Counted from the stretch's first letter, positions 48,915-61,689 are shown. The stretch: 64,000 bases of DNA from Carcharhinus amblyrhynchos (GCA_965287045.1 OZ336882.1:58838001-58902000), one strand, 5' to 3'. Numbers and translations: made by a program. Notes: generated by a model not told the origin, from the letters alone.

Positions 48915-49330
48915 CAGGAACGTAAGAACATAGGACATAGGAGTAGGAATAGGCCATTTGGCCTCTCAAGCCTGCTCTGCCGTTTAACTAGATCTTAGCT
49001 GATCTACCATCTCCATGCCATTTTCCTGCTATCCCCTGCAGTATCCCTTTCATATTTAGAAATCCATCGATCTCTGACTTAAATGAACTCAATGACTAAG
49101 CTTCCCCTGCCCTCTGGGGTAGAGAATTCCAAAGATTCACCATCCTCTGAGTGAAGAAATTCCTCTTTATCTTATTCCTAAATTCTGAGATTGTGTCCCC
49201 TGGTTCTCAGTGAGCAGGAATGTCCTCCTTGAATTGACCCTGTCAAGCCATGAAGGAATTTTGTATGTTTCAATGAGAGTGCCTCTCGCTCTTGCAAACT
49301 CAAGAGAGTCTGGGCCTAGATATCCAGCTT
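48915..49330 (-). mobile_element. CR1 3' end
   Basis: taggagtaggaataggccatt tail; LIETYKI in ORF 49167-49385. Confidence 0.75.
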
Positions 49331-49399
49331 GATTCAGAGGCATACAATGGTGTTGCCCAGCGCTTAATCCTTTGCTTGATTTCATGGGAAGTGATTTTT

Positions 49400-49712
49400 T
49401 AAAAAATTAATTCATTGCCAATGCCTAACTACCTCTATTTCAGAGGGTTTTTGCGAGTCAACCACATGTCAGATGCAGGCCAGACCGGATGAGGATGGCA
49501 GATTTCCTTCCCTAAAGGACATCAGTGAACAAAATGGGTTTTTGCAACAATCAATAATGGTCATCATTAGACTTTTAATTCCAGATTATTTTATTAATTG
49601 TATTCAAGTTTACTCACTATCTGCCATGGTGGGATTTGAACCTGGATCCCCAGGTCTTACTTGAGTCTCCAGATTAATCATCTACTGACAATACCACCGC
49701 GCCATGACCTGA
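49400..49712 (-). mobile_element. tRNA-derived SINE of the L2-tailed family
   Basis: Minus strand A-box-like tggcgcggtgg, B-box ggttcaaatcc, core gtcctttagggaaggaaatctgcc. Confidence 0.65.
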
Positions 49713-49791
49713 GGTGGTTGGCAGGAAGGTTTGCCACGCCATGGAATTAAAATCATTAAACTCTATTACAGCGTGCATTGAAGAGGTAGTA

Positions 49792-51395
49792 TATAGAAAC
49801 ATAGAACAGTACAGCACAGCACAGGCCCTTTGGCCCTTGATGTTGTGCTCCGTGTGTCTATCCAATAACCGCTTGAAAGTTCCTAAAGTATCCGACTCCA
49901 TTATCACAGCAGGCAATCCATTCCACACCCCAACCGCTCTCTGAGTAAAGAATCTACCTCGGACATCCCTCCTATATCTCCCACCATGAACATTATAGTT
50001 ATGGCCCCTAGTAACAGCTACATCCATCTGAGGAAATAGTCTTTGAGTGTTCACTCCATGTATTCCCCTCATCATCTTATAAACCTCTATTAAGTCGCCT
50101 CTCATCCTCCTCCACTCTAAAGTGAAAAGCCCCAGCTCCCTCAACCTTTCCTCATAGGACCTACCCTCCAAACCAGGCAGCATCCTGGTAAATCTCCTCT
50201 GCACTCTCTCCAATGCTTCCACATCCTTCTCATAGTGAGGTGACCAGAACTGTGCACATATTCCAAATGTGGTCTCACCAAGGTCCTGTACAGTTGCAGC
50301 ATAACCCCACGGCTCTTAAACTCAAACCTCCTGTTAATAAACGCTAACACACTTTAGGCCTTCTTCAAGGCTCTATCCATTTGAGTGACAACCTTCAGCG
50401 ATCTGTGGATATGAACCCCAAGATCACTCTGTCCCTCCACATTCCTCAGAACCTTGCTGTTGACCCTGTAATCCGCATTCAAATTTGTCCTACCAAAATG
50501 AATCATCTTGCACTTATCAGGGTTAAACTCTATTTGTCACTTTTCAGCCTAGCTCTGCATCCTATCAATGTCTCTTTGCAGCCTGCAACAGCTCTCCACC
50601 TCATCCACTATTCCACCAATCTTGGTGTCATCAGCAAATTTACTGACCCACCCTTCAGCCCCCTCTCAGTCATTGATAAAAATCACAAATAGCAGAGGAC
50701 CCAGCACTGACCCCTGTGGTACACCACTGGTAACTGGTCTCCAGACTAAACATTTTCCATCCACCACCAGTCTCTGTCTTCAATGAGGTAGCCTGTTACT
50801 TACCCAATTGGCCAAATTTCCCTCTGTCCCACACCTTCTTACTTTCTTCATGAGCCTACCATGGGGAACCTTATAAAACGCCTTACTAAAATCCATGTAT
50901 ATGACATCAACTGCTCTACCTTCATCTACACACTTAGTTACCTCCTCAAAGAATTCAATCAAAGTTGTGAGGCAAGACTTACCCTTCATGAATCCATGCT
51001 GACTATCCTGGATTAAGCTGCATCTTTCCAAATGGTCATAAATCTTATCCCTCAGGACCTTTTCCATTAACTTACCGACAACTGAAGTAAGACTAACTGA
51101 CCTATAATTACCAGGGTCATTCCTATTTCCGCTCTTGAACAGAGGAACAACATTCGCTACTCTCCAGTCCTCTGGCACTATTCCCGTGGACAGTGAGGAC
51201 CAAAACATCAAAGCCAAAGGCTCTGCAACCTCATCCCTTGCCTCCCAAAGGATCCTAGGATATATCCCATCTGGCCCAGGGGACTTATCAACCCTCAGTT
51301 TTTCTCAAAATTGCTAATACACCTTCCCTCAGAACATCTACCTCCTCCAGCTTATCAGTCTCAAAAACATGGCCCCTCTCCTTGGTAAACACTGA
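49792..51395 (-). mobile_element. 5'-truncated CR1 LINE with frameshifted RT
   Basis: ORFs 50780-51217, 50141-50350 and 49674-50222 carry CR1 ORF2 motifs; KFADDTK at about 50620-50640. Confidence 0.92.
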
Positions 51396-53029
51396 CTGTC
51401 ACTGTCACAGTGTGCCAAGTCTACACTTCTTTTGAAAGCTGCAAGCATCTGGCAGCAGTTGGCACAGATCTGCTTCCACTTCTCTGTGGGCCAGATGGGA
51501 TATACCCTAGGATCCTTTGGGAGGCAAACTTGCCAAGATGGTTGCCCATGATGGATGGCAGACAGGTGCCACCAGTACCTTCAGATGCAGTTGGTAGCTG
51601 CTTAGAGGGTGTGACCAAGTTGGGATACACTGGCTTTTGAATCACCCTGGCTTGGCTTTCCTCATGCAGCTGTATCAGCCTTATTAGAATGTATTACCCT
51701 TCTCTGGAATGCTAGTCCAGTAACATTACCACTACATCATTGCCTCCCCAGATATGTTTCCAAGTCAAGATGGAGGGTGACTTAGAGGGGAACTTCCAGG
51801 GTGCTGGTGTTCCCATGTGTCTGCTGACCTTGTCCTTGATCTACCTGCTGTTTTCCTGTTGGTGTTCCTTGAAAAGTTTGGAAAATGGTGGGGGATTTCT
51901 TGGTGACATTAACACTGTTGGTGGAAGAGGAATGTCCTCATAAAACTGCTAGCAAGGTCTGTGAAACCTAAGCAACAGCTGTACTTTATAAAAAAAGCAT
52001 TGCAAAAATGGTTTAAAACTGCTGGATATGGGTCTCCACAAGGCCCTTTAACACACCTTCCATCAACACCTCAGCATCTACTAACTCCGCATGCTCATTA
52101 TATACAGGCACGGCGACCCCCTCAGGGCAATGCATGCTGGGATACTTCAGAGGAAAACTTCCAAGCCCTGACTTTTTTTTAGGAGCTCAGTCTGGGCACA
52201 GATCCCACTGAAGAAATCGCTGCACCTGTTTCCAATAAGTTATGACCCATAAACCTTTATCCACGGGATAATACAAAGATACAATTCAGGGCGTATTGAA
52301 TCCCAGTCCATGGACCTGAGGTGGAAGTTTGATCAAGGTTCTAACCCACACTCGCTGGAATAAAGAAAAGCTCTTTCCAATCCTCAACGCCTTCCAGCAA
52401 TTGTGTCCCCTTCATTGGGTGGTGAGACAACGTTAGTCCTCCTTGCCAAGGGAATTGGATTGAATCCGGACTACTACAGAGATACCAAACTGACTTTGAC
52501 ATGTAAACACAAATGCATACCACTGTGAGAAAATAATAAAAAGAAGCAAAAGGTACAGATGAAATAAATAAAGGAATCCTTTATGTGTGAAATGTTATGT
52601 TACCCAACCCACAATCTTTTAACAGATTTTATAAATCAGAGAGCGAAGCCAATGTTATTTCTTTATCGCCAGTCTGACCTCTGCAACACTTTGAAGTTCC
52701 CCCATGAAACTTTGAACTGAGCAATTCTCCGTGGGCCTGAAGCGCTGACAGATAAGAGGTTCCAGAAGGGGGCTTGGAGCTGGGCCAGCTGGCTAGGCTT
52801 GACTCAGGCTCAAGCTAGATCTATGACTAGACCAATGCTGGAAAAAGAAAGTGTCCTTGTCGGGGAGGGCGGGGTGGATCGGCCCAGGGATTTGGACACT
52901 GCTCCTCCCAACAGGTAACACAGCAAGATGAAAGAGTGAATTGGCCTCTCAAGAGCGCCACCTCCAGAGTGTCTCTGTGAGACACAGGGGATAGTCATAC
53001 ATACAAGAACACTTCAGAATTGTCATTAG

Positions 53030-53765
53030 TTAAATGGATTATTACTTAAATGGAGAGCGACTGCAGAAAGCTGCAGCGCAAAATGAGTTGGGGGTCCTTG
53101 TTCATAAAACGCAGAAAGCTAGCATACAGGCACAGAAGATAATAGGGAAGGCAAATGGAATGCTGGCTTTTATTTCAAGGGGTATAAAAGTGGAGGTCTT
53201 ACTGCAACTATACAAGGTATTAGTAAAGCCACATTTAGAAAACTGTGTCTTTAAGGAGAGATAGTTTATTATTTGCGACAGTATAGAGGGTGTTGACTGG
53301 GATGATACTAGGTATGGAAGGAGTGCCATACAAGGAAAGATTAAATAGGTTGGGTCTGTGCTTCTTGGTGATCAGAAGAATTAGAAGTGATATAACTGAA
53401 ACATACAAGATTAGACAGGGTAAATGTTGGGAGGATGTGTCCCCTCATGGGACAGTGTAGGACCAGAGGGCATAATCGCAGAATAAGAGAGTACTCATTT
53501 CAAACGGATTTGAGGAAGAACTTATTCGCACAAAGAGTGTTGAATCTTTGGAATTCTTTCCCCAGGAATTTGAGCAGGCCGAGTCCACGAATGTTTTCAA
53601 AGCTGAGATTGAGAGGTTTTAACCAGTAGGTTTTAAGGGCTATGGAGATAAGGCAGGAAAGTGGACTTAATGAGTGTTAAATCAGCCATAATCTTATTAA
53701 ATGGTGGAACAGGCCCGAAAGGCTGACTGGCTGACTCCTGTTCTTATTTGTTATGGTTTTATTCT
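53030..53765 (+). mobile_element. CR1 3' region
   Basis: ORF 53034-53264 YYLNGERLQ...KANGMLAFISRG; ORF 53435-53629 TRGHN...QRVLNLWNS. Confidence 0.85.
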
Positions 53766-54949
53766 TATATTTAGATTATTTTATATACGATCAAACTACC
53801 AAGGTTTGCTAAAAAGGGATAGGCAACTTACTTAAACACTAATATACATACACAAATCTCTCTTCAATAGACTTTCAAAGGGATTATCCTTGCAACTCAC
53901 AGAAAATCTTTGATAACATGCAAGTGTGAGGGCATAATGGGCCTCCTGTGTTGTACAATACTATAATCAAAGATTTAACCTTGACTGGATTTCTTCAAAC
54001 AGCTCAGATTTATTTGGCTTGAGGCTGACGCTCCCCAAAGATACAGATTTTATTGCCAAATTTTGTGGTGCGCTCAATGGCACAGTTGGGGTAGATGACT
54101 GGTGTCCTCAAGGGCTTATCAACAGATTCTGCTCAAATGGAGCTCCAGAATGCTGAAAAGGTGCCATGGGATTCTGAGATGAGGCCCTGGAGCTCTCTTT
54201 GTACATTGTCGGAGCTTCCACTCTGATGGAAGCCGAGACATCAGCCATCGGACACAGCATCATAGTTGGACCCATAGGTTGCTGATGGAGGTGACTACTT
54301 CTCCATTTTGGAAAGGCTGGGTTCCAAGTTCTGCACAAAGCCACGTGCTGAGTTGATGCTGTTCAGACTGCACTCCTAAAACCCGCTCTCCGACAAGTGG
54401 TGACGATTGCTGAGTTGCTCCTGAGAGTGTGACAGTGGCTCCACAGAGTGCAAACCTGACGGTCCTCTCTCAGGCTGCATACTCCCAACCCTCTCACACC
54501 CATTGCCAGCCAAGCCAGATAGTGCAGTGATGGTGCTGTGTCTCCTAGGCTTAGAGCTGCTTGAATCATCCTACATTCTCCACCTGCTCCACAGGGAAAG
54601 TTAACAACTCCCAGCAGCCATGCTGTAGCCACTGGGGCAGCAGTGTAAAAGTCCCAGGGCAGCCAATGACGCCCATAGAATGGACGCTAAGAGAGACTGA
54701 TTTGTTTATTTTTCAGTGCCCTATGGCATTGATTTAATTCATAAATTTGGATTGGAATGTATTGCTTTTGATTTTTGCATTGGGGGTAAGAGGACAATAT
54801 CTTGGTCATTGCCATTAGGAAATAGAAGGAGATAAACAGTGAACTGAGGTTGAAGGTTACTGGCATCTCACTTAAAGTAGTATGTCACTTACAGTCCTGG
54901 AAACTCTACCTCTTCATTCTCCTACTCCTCAGCACCTCGCCTGATAGGT

Positions 54950-56220
54950 GGTGGCAAGAGCTGTTGCCTCAAGATGGCCTGCATCAGACCACACAAAATC
55001 CTGTTCAATCGATGGTTGCAGCATCCCTCCAGGGGAGACGAAGCCGTGGAATCATTGCTTTTGGGTAACAGTAATCTACTTTATCAGATCCCTTGGGGAA
55101 GTATGACAAAGGAATGCATGTCAGCTGCTCACCAGTCAGCATGGGTTATGGACAGGAGTCATGAGCCGTGTCATCAGCAGATTATCCTGGATCCCCAGTA
55201 GTCAGCCCTTGGCTTGTAGAGATGGTTAGACTTCAGTGGTGTAGAGAACTGGCTCAGAATGCATGCTTTGTGTTTGCTATTAGGATACCAGGAATTGACC
55301 AGCAGGAGGCACTGCTTTTGGTCACACAATACTGCACACTGAGTGGGTAGAATCTCAGTTCCAATGTGAGGGCAGACTTGACAAACAGTGCCCACCGAAC
55401 AATGTCTTTGCACACAATGACATGAGGAAGCCTGCAACCCTCACAAACCGATTTGTTCACTTCATCTGGTTGTCTCCAGCAAGACAGAAGGAGAGGAAGT
55501 GTCTCTCTTTGCTTAGTGACCTCAATGACCTCCATTAAATAGCACTGCACTGAAAACTGAGAGATATTGCTAATACTAATCAGAGTTTGGCAGAAGCCAA
55601 ACGCACACATATGCAGAGCCATAGCCATCTCGACAGCCACTGGCAATGTGATCCATTCCTTGTTCTGGGACTGGAGTTATGGATGTGGCCAAATTACAGA
55701 ATCCATAGAATCAAAGAATCCATAGAATGACAGAATCCCTACGGTGCAGAGGGATGTCATTCAGCCCATCGATTCTGTGCCGACCACAATCCCACCCAGG
55801 CCCTATTCCCATAACCCCATATATTTACCCTGCTAATCCTCCTGACACTAGGGTCAATTTCACATGGCCAATCCACCTAACCCACACATCTTTGGACTGT
55901 GGGAGGAAACCAGAGCACCCGGAGGAAACCCATGCTGACACCGGGAGAATGTGCAAACTTCCCACAGACAGTGACCCGAGCCCAGGTCCCTGGCACTGTG
56001 AGGCAGCAGTGTTAACCACTGTGCCACCGTGCCATTAGTTGGCAGATTTCACTGATAATTCTCTATTGAAATGAAGTTATCTCAAATATCCTTTGTCACA
56101 GAGAGTGGGGTATATAGGTTGTTCTCTGTGGCTATGGCTTCCTCCTGAGAGCTCTTCTCCCACATCCCACCCCCTTCCCCCCCACCCCACACGCACACGC
56201 TTCCAGCCTCCTTCTTCTGG
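54950..56220 (-). pseudogene. Decayed PIF/Harbinger (HARBI1-like) transposase
   Basis: Collinear remnants LPVAVEMAMALH...ISNISQFSVQC (ORF 55254-55646) and LCDQKQCLLLVNSWYPNSKHKACILSQ (ORF 55174-55437), resembling Harbinger LPVAVKV..AL..ISQ and CD...VNA.YPGS.HDAFIL; interrupted by a SINE. Confidence 0.7.
55700..56033 (-). mobile_element. HE1-type V-SINE, full length
   Basis: tRNA head, V domain, (gattctatg)n tail. Confidence 0.88.
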
Positions 56221-56690
56221 CAATGAGTTCTGTGTCATCTCTGCCCGTTCTTCTATTCCAGGGAAAGAATTACATTGCCTATGGCTGTCAAGATGAAGAT
56301 GGCTCTGAACATCTATGCATGTGCTCAATGCCAAAAGGCACTGATGCCATCTGGGGACGACTTGTTTGTGCAGGAGTCTGAGTCAGTAAAAAGTATTTTG
56401 GCACTTTGCACACCACTCCCTGTAAAATACAGTAAATTTAACAAACTATGGAAAGCATCTAAAGCATGTGCAATCACAGCAGCAGCCAGAATATATAAAT
56501 CAGCAAATTACCTGTAAGCGGTTGAAGCTGTCTTTAAATAATACTGATAGTCAAGATTGGAGATTGGTTTTCCTTCATGCTTCTCAATGTCACATTCAAT
56601 GTTCCATGCAGATTAATGTGACATCATGATGCCTGTTCTTTATGCATGTGACCATCTTCACAAGTATGGTGTTTGATGTGACACCTGTCA

Positions 56691-56692
<2 letters not shown>

Positions 56693-56726
<34 letters not shown>
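56693..56726. repeat. (GT)17 microsatellite
   Basis: Read directly from the sequence. Confidence 0.95.
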
Positions 56727-56729
<3 letters not shown>

Positions 56730-56959
56730 CATTTTTAACATTTTAGGGGCTTTGTAATATCTAAAACATGAGCACATCAGTACTCATTACATCCCTAAGA
56801 TGTTGGATTTGTATAAGCTATTGACTGACCATAGTTGGAGCATTAGATATTGTTCTGGACACTGCATTATAGAAAAGGCATGTCAGAAGTACAGCTAAGA
56901 TACAGTGCTCTATCTCAGGAAAAAGCTGTTAGTCATGAAGGAAGATTTCATGTGCCACC

Positions 56960-57610
56960 CCTACTTGTATCCACCAGCCAGAGTGAACCCACTGTGCTTC
57001 TATATTTACCAGCCAATATGAAGACACTGTGCTGCCTCTGTATCTACCAGTCAGTGTGAACCCATAATGCTGTACCTGTATCTAACAACCAATGTGAATG
57101 CACTATGCCTCCCCTGTATATACTAGTCAGTGCAAACCCAGTGTGCTGCCTCTGTGTTAACCAACCAGTGCAAACCCAGTGTGCTGCCTCTGTGTTAACC
57201 AGCCAGTGTGAACCCATTATGCTGTTTCTGTGTTGACCAGCCAGTGTGAACCCAATGCGCTGTCTCTCTATCTACCAGTCAGTGTGAACCCGCAGTGCTG
57301 TCTCTGTATCTACCAGATAGTTGAACCCACTATGCTGCCTCTGAATCTACCAGCTGATGTGAACCCAGTGTGCTGCCCCTCTATCTACCAATCAGTGTGA
57401 ACCCACTGTGCCTCTCTTGTATCTACCAGCCAGTGTGAACGCACTGTGCTGCCTCCTTATCTATCAGCCAATGTGAACCCATTGTTCTGCCTCTGTGCCT
57501 ACCAGCCAGTGTCAGCCCAGTATGTCTCCTCTCTATCTAGCAGCCAGTGTGAACGCAGTGTCTTCCCTGCATCTACCAGCCAGTGTGAACCCAGTGTGTT
57601 GCCTCTGTAC
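56960..57610. repeat. 38-bp minisatellite, about 17 diverged units
   Basis: Unit ccagccagtgtgaacccagtgtgctgcctctgtatcta. Confidence 0.92.
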
Positions 57611-58694
57611 ATCTGAAATTTGAAATCAATCCAGTTGTTCTCGCGAAGCTACTAGGAGAACAAAATCCTGGGCTGTTTCTTATGGGATCATTTTCAAGTA
57701 GCATGCAACCACAGGCCTGCTGGATGTTAAGACTGTGCAAATATGCATCAAATAAAACCCATTGATCATATCAGACATTGTGAATACATTGTGCCTCCAC
57801 TGTAGTTAGGAGTTGGTAGCAGGACAACTGAGCATTTGAATGAAGATTTCTCAGGCTTGAAGCTACTTCTCCTATAATCCAAGCAACTTAAAAAGAAAAT
57901 GCTCCGAATCCTATTCCTCAATATTTCTCTCATCTCTGGGCTAGGCTGAGAAATCTCAACTAAGCTGCGTTGGGAATTGGCAAAAGACGGGAGGGTAAAA
58001 ATCCCTTTTTGTTGCTGCCATTAGAGATGACCGAGCCTCGCCGTACACAGAAACAAATTGAAACCAGGCCTCACAATAATCCCCATTACTTGATTTTCAA
58101 TACCGCTACTTGTTACGCATAATTGAAACCTGGTTGCTTCATAGTGGAGAGCAAGCAGCAATTTATCAAATAATGTTGAAGGAGGGAAGACCCTTGCCCT
58201 CCTTAAAACATCTTAAGATTAGTCATTCAATCAAATGCTCCTCAGTGTCCTGTACAAAGTGCGACCACGTCATTGCCATTGAGGCTTATAGAGTCTTTAC
58301 TAATATTAAGGCTACGGCCTTGCTCTGACTGTTCCCTCTTCTTCCTGCCTGAACACTTCCTTAGAAATGACATTCCATTTAACCCAGTGGTAAAAATACC
58401 TCAGTGACTATTATGATTATTATGCAGCTTGAAGGTGGGTTAAAAGCAGACTGAGAATGCAATGGTAGGAATACAAAGAAATTTAGACCAGTCTTTCTCC
58501 CGGCATACATTGCTACTGTCAAGAGTTCTTTGATATACTAAGCAAGCCTTCTACAGGACCGTGTGGGCAGCTGATTGTGAAGATTCCTCTCTTAATAAGC
58601 ATGGTATATATCAAGTTTGTAAGTTGGCAAGTATTAGTGTTGACCGAATGGACAATCAGCTCTCCAGTCTCAGGTTAGCCTAAATAACCCTAGA

Positions 58695-58980
58695 CATGGT
58701 GGCACAGTGGTTAGCACTGCTGCCTCACTGTGCCAGAGACCCGGGTTCAATTCCCGACAAGGGCCACTGTATGTATGGAGTGTCTATGTGTATTTCATCT
58801 GGATGCTCCAGTTTCCTCCCACAGTCTGAAAGATATGCTGATTAGGTGCATTGGCCATTGCTAAATTTTCCCTCTGTGTATCCTAACAGGTGTTGGAGTG
58901 TAGCAACTAGGGGATTGTCACAATAACTTCATTGCAGTGTTAATGTAAGCCTACTTGCGACACTAATAAATAAACTTATA
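58695..58980 (+). mobile_element. V-SINE with MER6-type tail, full length
   Basis: tggcacagtggttagcactg...ggttcaattcc...gcaactaggggattgtcac...ctaataaataaactt. Confidence 0.85.
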
Positions 58981-59634
58981 AAGCTAAATATTTCAATGCA
59001 CCTCTGATAGACAGAGATATATTCTACCGCTCCGCCCACCACGCCATGCAATCGGAGCTCGAGCAAGGCCGTAAAAATTCTGCCCTACAATTCTGATTCT
59101 CCAAGTATTGCTCTCTGTTTCATGTGCTGAATTTATCCTGATGTTATCAGGCAAATCTAACTATATTTCTTATTTTGCTTGTGGAGAGGTGGGGAAGGAT
59201 GAGGAGGGGAGGGTGTAGCTGAGCACTATTCCAAAAAAGCCTGTGGTTATTTTCACTTTTCATAAAGCTATTTGCCTTCTGCCATGGGTAGCTTTGTTTA
59301 CTCTCCTTTCCCACCTATGCTGGCTAGTGCTGCACTACAACACCCTACAGCTTTCCAACCATCTTCATTCGTAATGGCGAATATTAGCAAATTATATTCA
59401 AATGTGGAGAGCATCAACATCAAGCCTGACCCTGTTCTTGCACTCATACCCATATGCACATTGGATTTCCTTCAGGGATTTCATTCCCCATTAACAGGAA
59501 TACATTAATTTGCTTTGATAATGTTTATTTTGTTTAGTTTTGATTTTCACTGTAATATCGATCAACATTAGGAGAACAACAGCCAAATATTGTGTGCTAA
59601 TTGAACCGTCAGTGAAAACATATATATTTATAGC

Positions 59635-60090
59635 GATTCATAGAACCCCTACAGTGCAGAAGGAGGCCATGTGGCCCATTGTGTCTGCAGCAACCACAAT
59701 CCCACCCAGGTCCTATTCCTGTAACCTCACATATTTAATCTGACCATCCCTCTGACAATAAAGCCGGAATTTTACTGGCATGCCAGCCCCAATTCTGGGG
59801 GACAGGCTCAGCTCGGAGAACGGCATTCTCTGCTGGCCTCAGGTGGCATCGTGCGAAATTTGGGCAGACGTAGCGGTAAAATTCCGCCCTAAGGGGCAAC
59901 TTATCATGACCAATCAGCCTAACTTGCACACCTTTGGATTGTGGGAGGAAACCGGAGCACCCGGAGGAAACCCACATAGACACAGGAAGAATGTGCAAAT
60001 TCCACATAGACAGTGGCCTGAGGCCAGAATTGAACCTGGGTCCCTGGTGCTATGAGGCAGCAGTGCTAACCACTGTGTCACCCCATGCTG
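59635..60090 (-). mobile_element. HE1-type V-SINE interrupted by a MITE
   Basis: Head, V domain and tail collinear with 55700-56033 apart from the 128-bp insert. Confidence 0.85.
59762..59889. mobile_element. PIF/Harbinger-type MITE (128 bp)
   Basis: TIRs agccggaattttac / gtaaaattccgccc (12/14); TSD TAA/TAA; the empty site gacactaagggg is visible in the SINE at about 60655. Confidence 0.85.
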
Positions 60091-60529
60091 CTCTGATTGA
60101 TTTTGACTAATTAGCCTACCAGTGAACAAGGACAATACTGTGGAGGGTGGTGTGAGGATAAATACCCTACGTTAATTGTAAGTGGTTGTACAGGTCCACA
60201 TGAGTTATAAGGCTGTTTACACTTGATACACAATCCAGCTAATCTATCACCCACTGTACACACTTGATTCCCTCCAATATGGCAGTGATACACCAGCCAC
60301 ACCCAATTCAGGAACAGCCACTCCAAATCTCAACCGAGATCAGCCCTGTATCTGTGAATGAGAATCACCCAAATTCAGACCTTGTCCCAATCTGTCCTGT
60401 ATGAGTGAGGATCGTTCATTCCTGCTGCTAGCTGATCTATCTGTATCAGTGAGTAATGGTCTCCAAATGCCGGACCAATTTGTATACTGAGGGGAGACCT
60501 TTGACCTGGAAGCAATACAGTATCTTGGA

Positions 60530-60828
60530 TCATAGAATCATTGAACCCTACAATGCAGAATGAGGCCATTCTGCCCCTCGACTCTGCAGCAACCACGATC
60601 CCGCCCAGGCTCTATCCCCATAACACCATATATTTACCCGAGCTAGTCCTGCTGACACTAAGGGGCAATTCAGCATTACCAATCCTCCTAACCTGCACAT
60701 CTTTGGACTGTGAGAGGAAACCCACACAGACACGGGCAGAGTGTGCAACCTGCACAGTGACTCAAGCCGCGTATCGAACCAGGGTCCTTGGCACTGTGAG
60801 GCAGCAGTGCTAACCACTGTTCCGCCCC
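60530..60828 (-). mobile_element. HE1-type V-SINE
   Basis: Head, V domain (internally deleted) and CR1-like tail. Confidence 0.85.
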
Positions 60829-61084
60829 AAAACAGTAATAACAATATAAAAGTTATAATTTCTTTAAAAAGTCTGTGGAATCTTCAATTATTTTTAAGAA
60901 TATTTGAAAAGGGTTTTTAATAGTTTGTGGTCAATTGAAAAAGGATCAATTGTAATTTTCTTGGATAATAAGAAATACTCACTGTGACCTGGTGACCTTT
61001 GACTGTGAAGCAGTACCACCAGGAAGGTAAAAAGCATTGAGGACAGGCTGAGAGCACAGTTAATCAAGCATGAAGTAACCTAGA

Positions 61085-61565
61085 CTTTATTTAGGAGCAT
61101 AGACTTCCTGTTAAACTTGAATAGAGCACTGGTCAAGTCTTAACTACAGTATTGTGCCCAATTCTGTGAGCCACACTTGAGAAAAGATATGAAGGCATTA
61201 GTGATGGAGCAGAAAAGATTCACAAACATGATCCCAGGGATGAGGAACTTCAATTACACTAATAGATTGTTGGGAGCACAGGTTGAGAGGAGATATTCAA
61301 AACCATGAAGTATCCAAACAGGATATATAGGGTAAATCTGCTCCAATTCGTGGAAAGACCGAGAACTAGAGGGCACAGATATTCAGTAATTGGCAAAAGA
61401 AGCGATGAGGACATGAGGAAAACTTGTTCATTCAAAGAGTGTTTAGGATCTGGAATGCAGTGCCTGACAATGTGGTAGGGGCAGGTTCAATCAAGGCATC
61501 CAAGAGGGAATTGGATTATTACCTGAAAACAAAGAGTATGGAGGGTTATAAAGAGAAGACAGTCA
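61085..61565 (+). mobile_element. Old CR1 3' region
   Basis: ORF 61424 FIQRVFRIWNAVP...FKRELD-like. Confidence 0.75.
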
Positions 61566-61689
61566 GAGTATCACTTGGTGGAGGCCTTCTGCTTTGTAAC
61601 AATTTTATGATTCGTGTGGCTGGTAGACACAAAGGAGAACTACATGCAGAGGAGCTGGAGGGTAAGACAATCAACACACTGATGCAGAT

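Noticed and set aside
51820-52100. Possible Rex1-like remnant (KPKQQLYFIKK)
   Set aside because: Too short and degenerate to support by eye.
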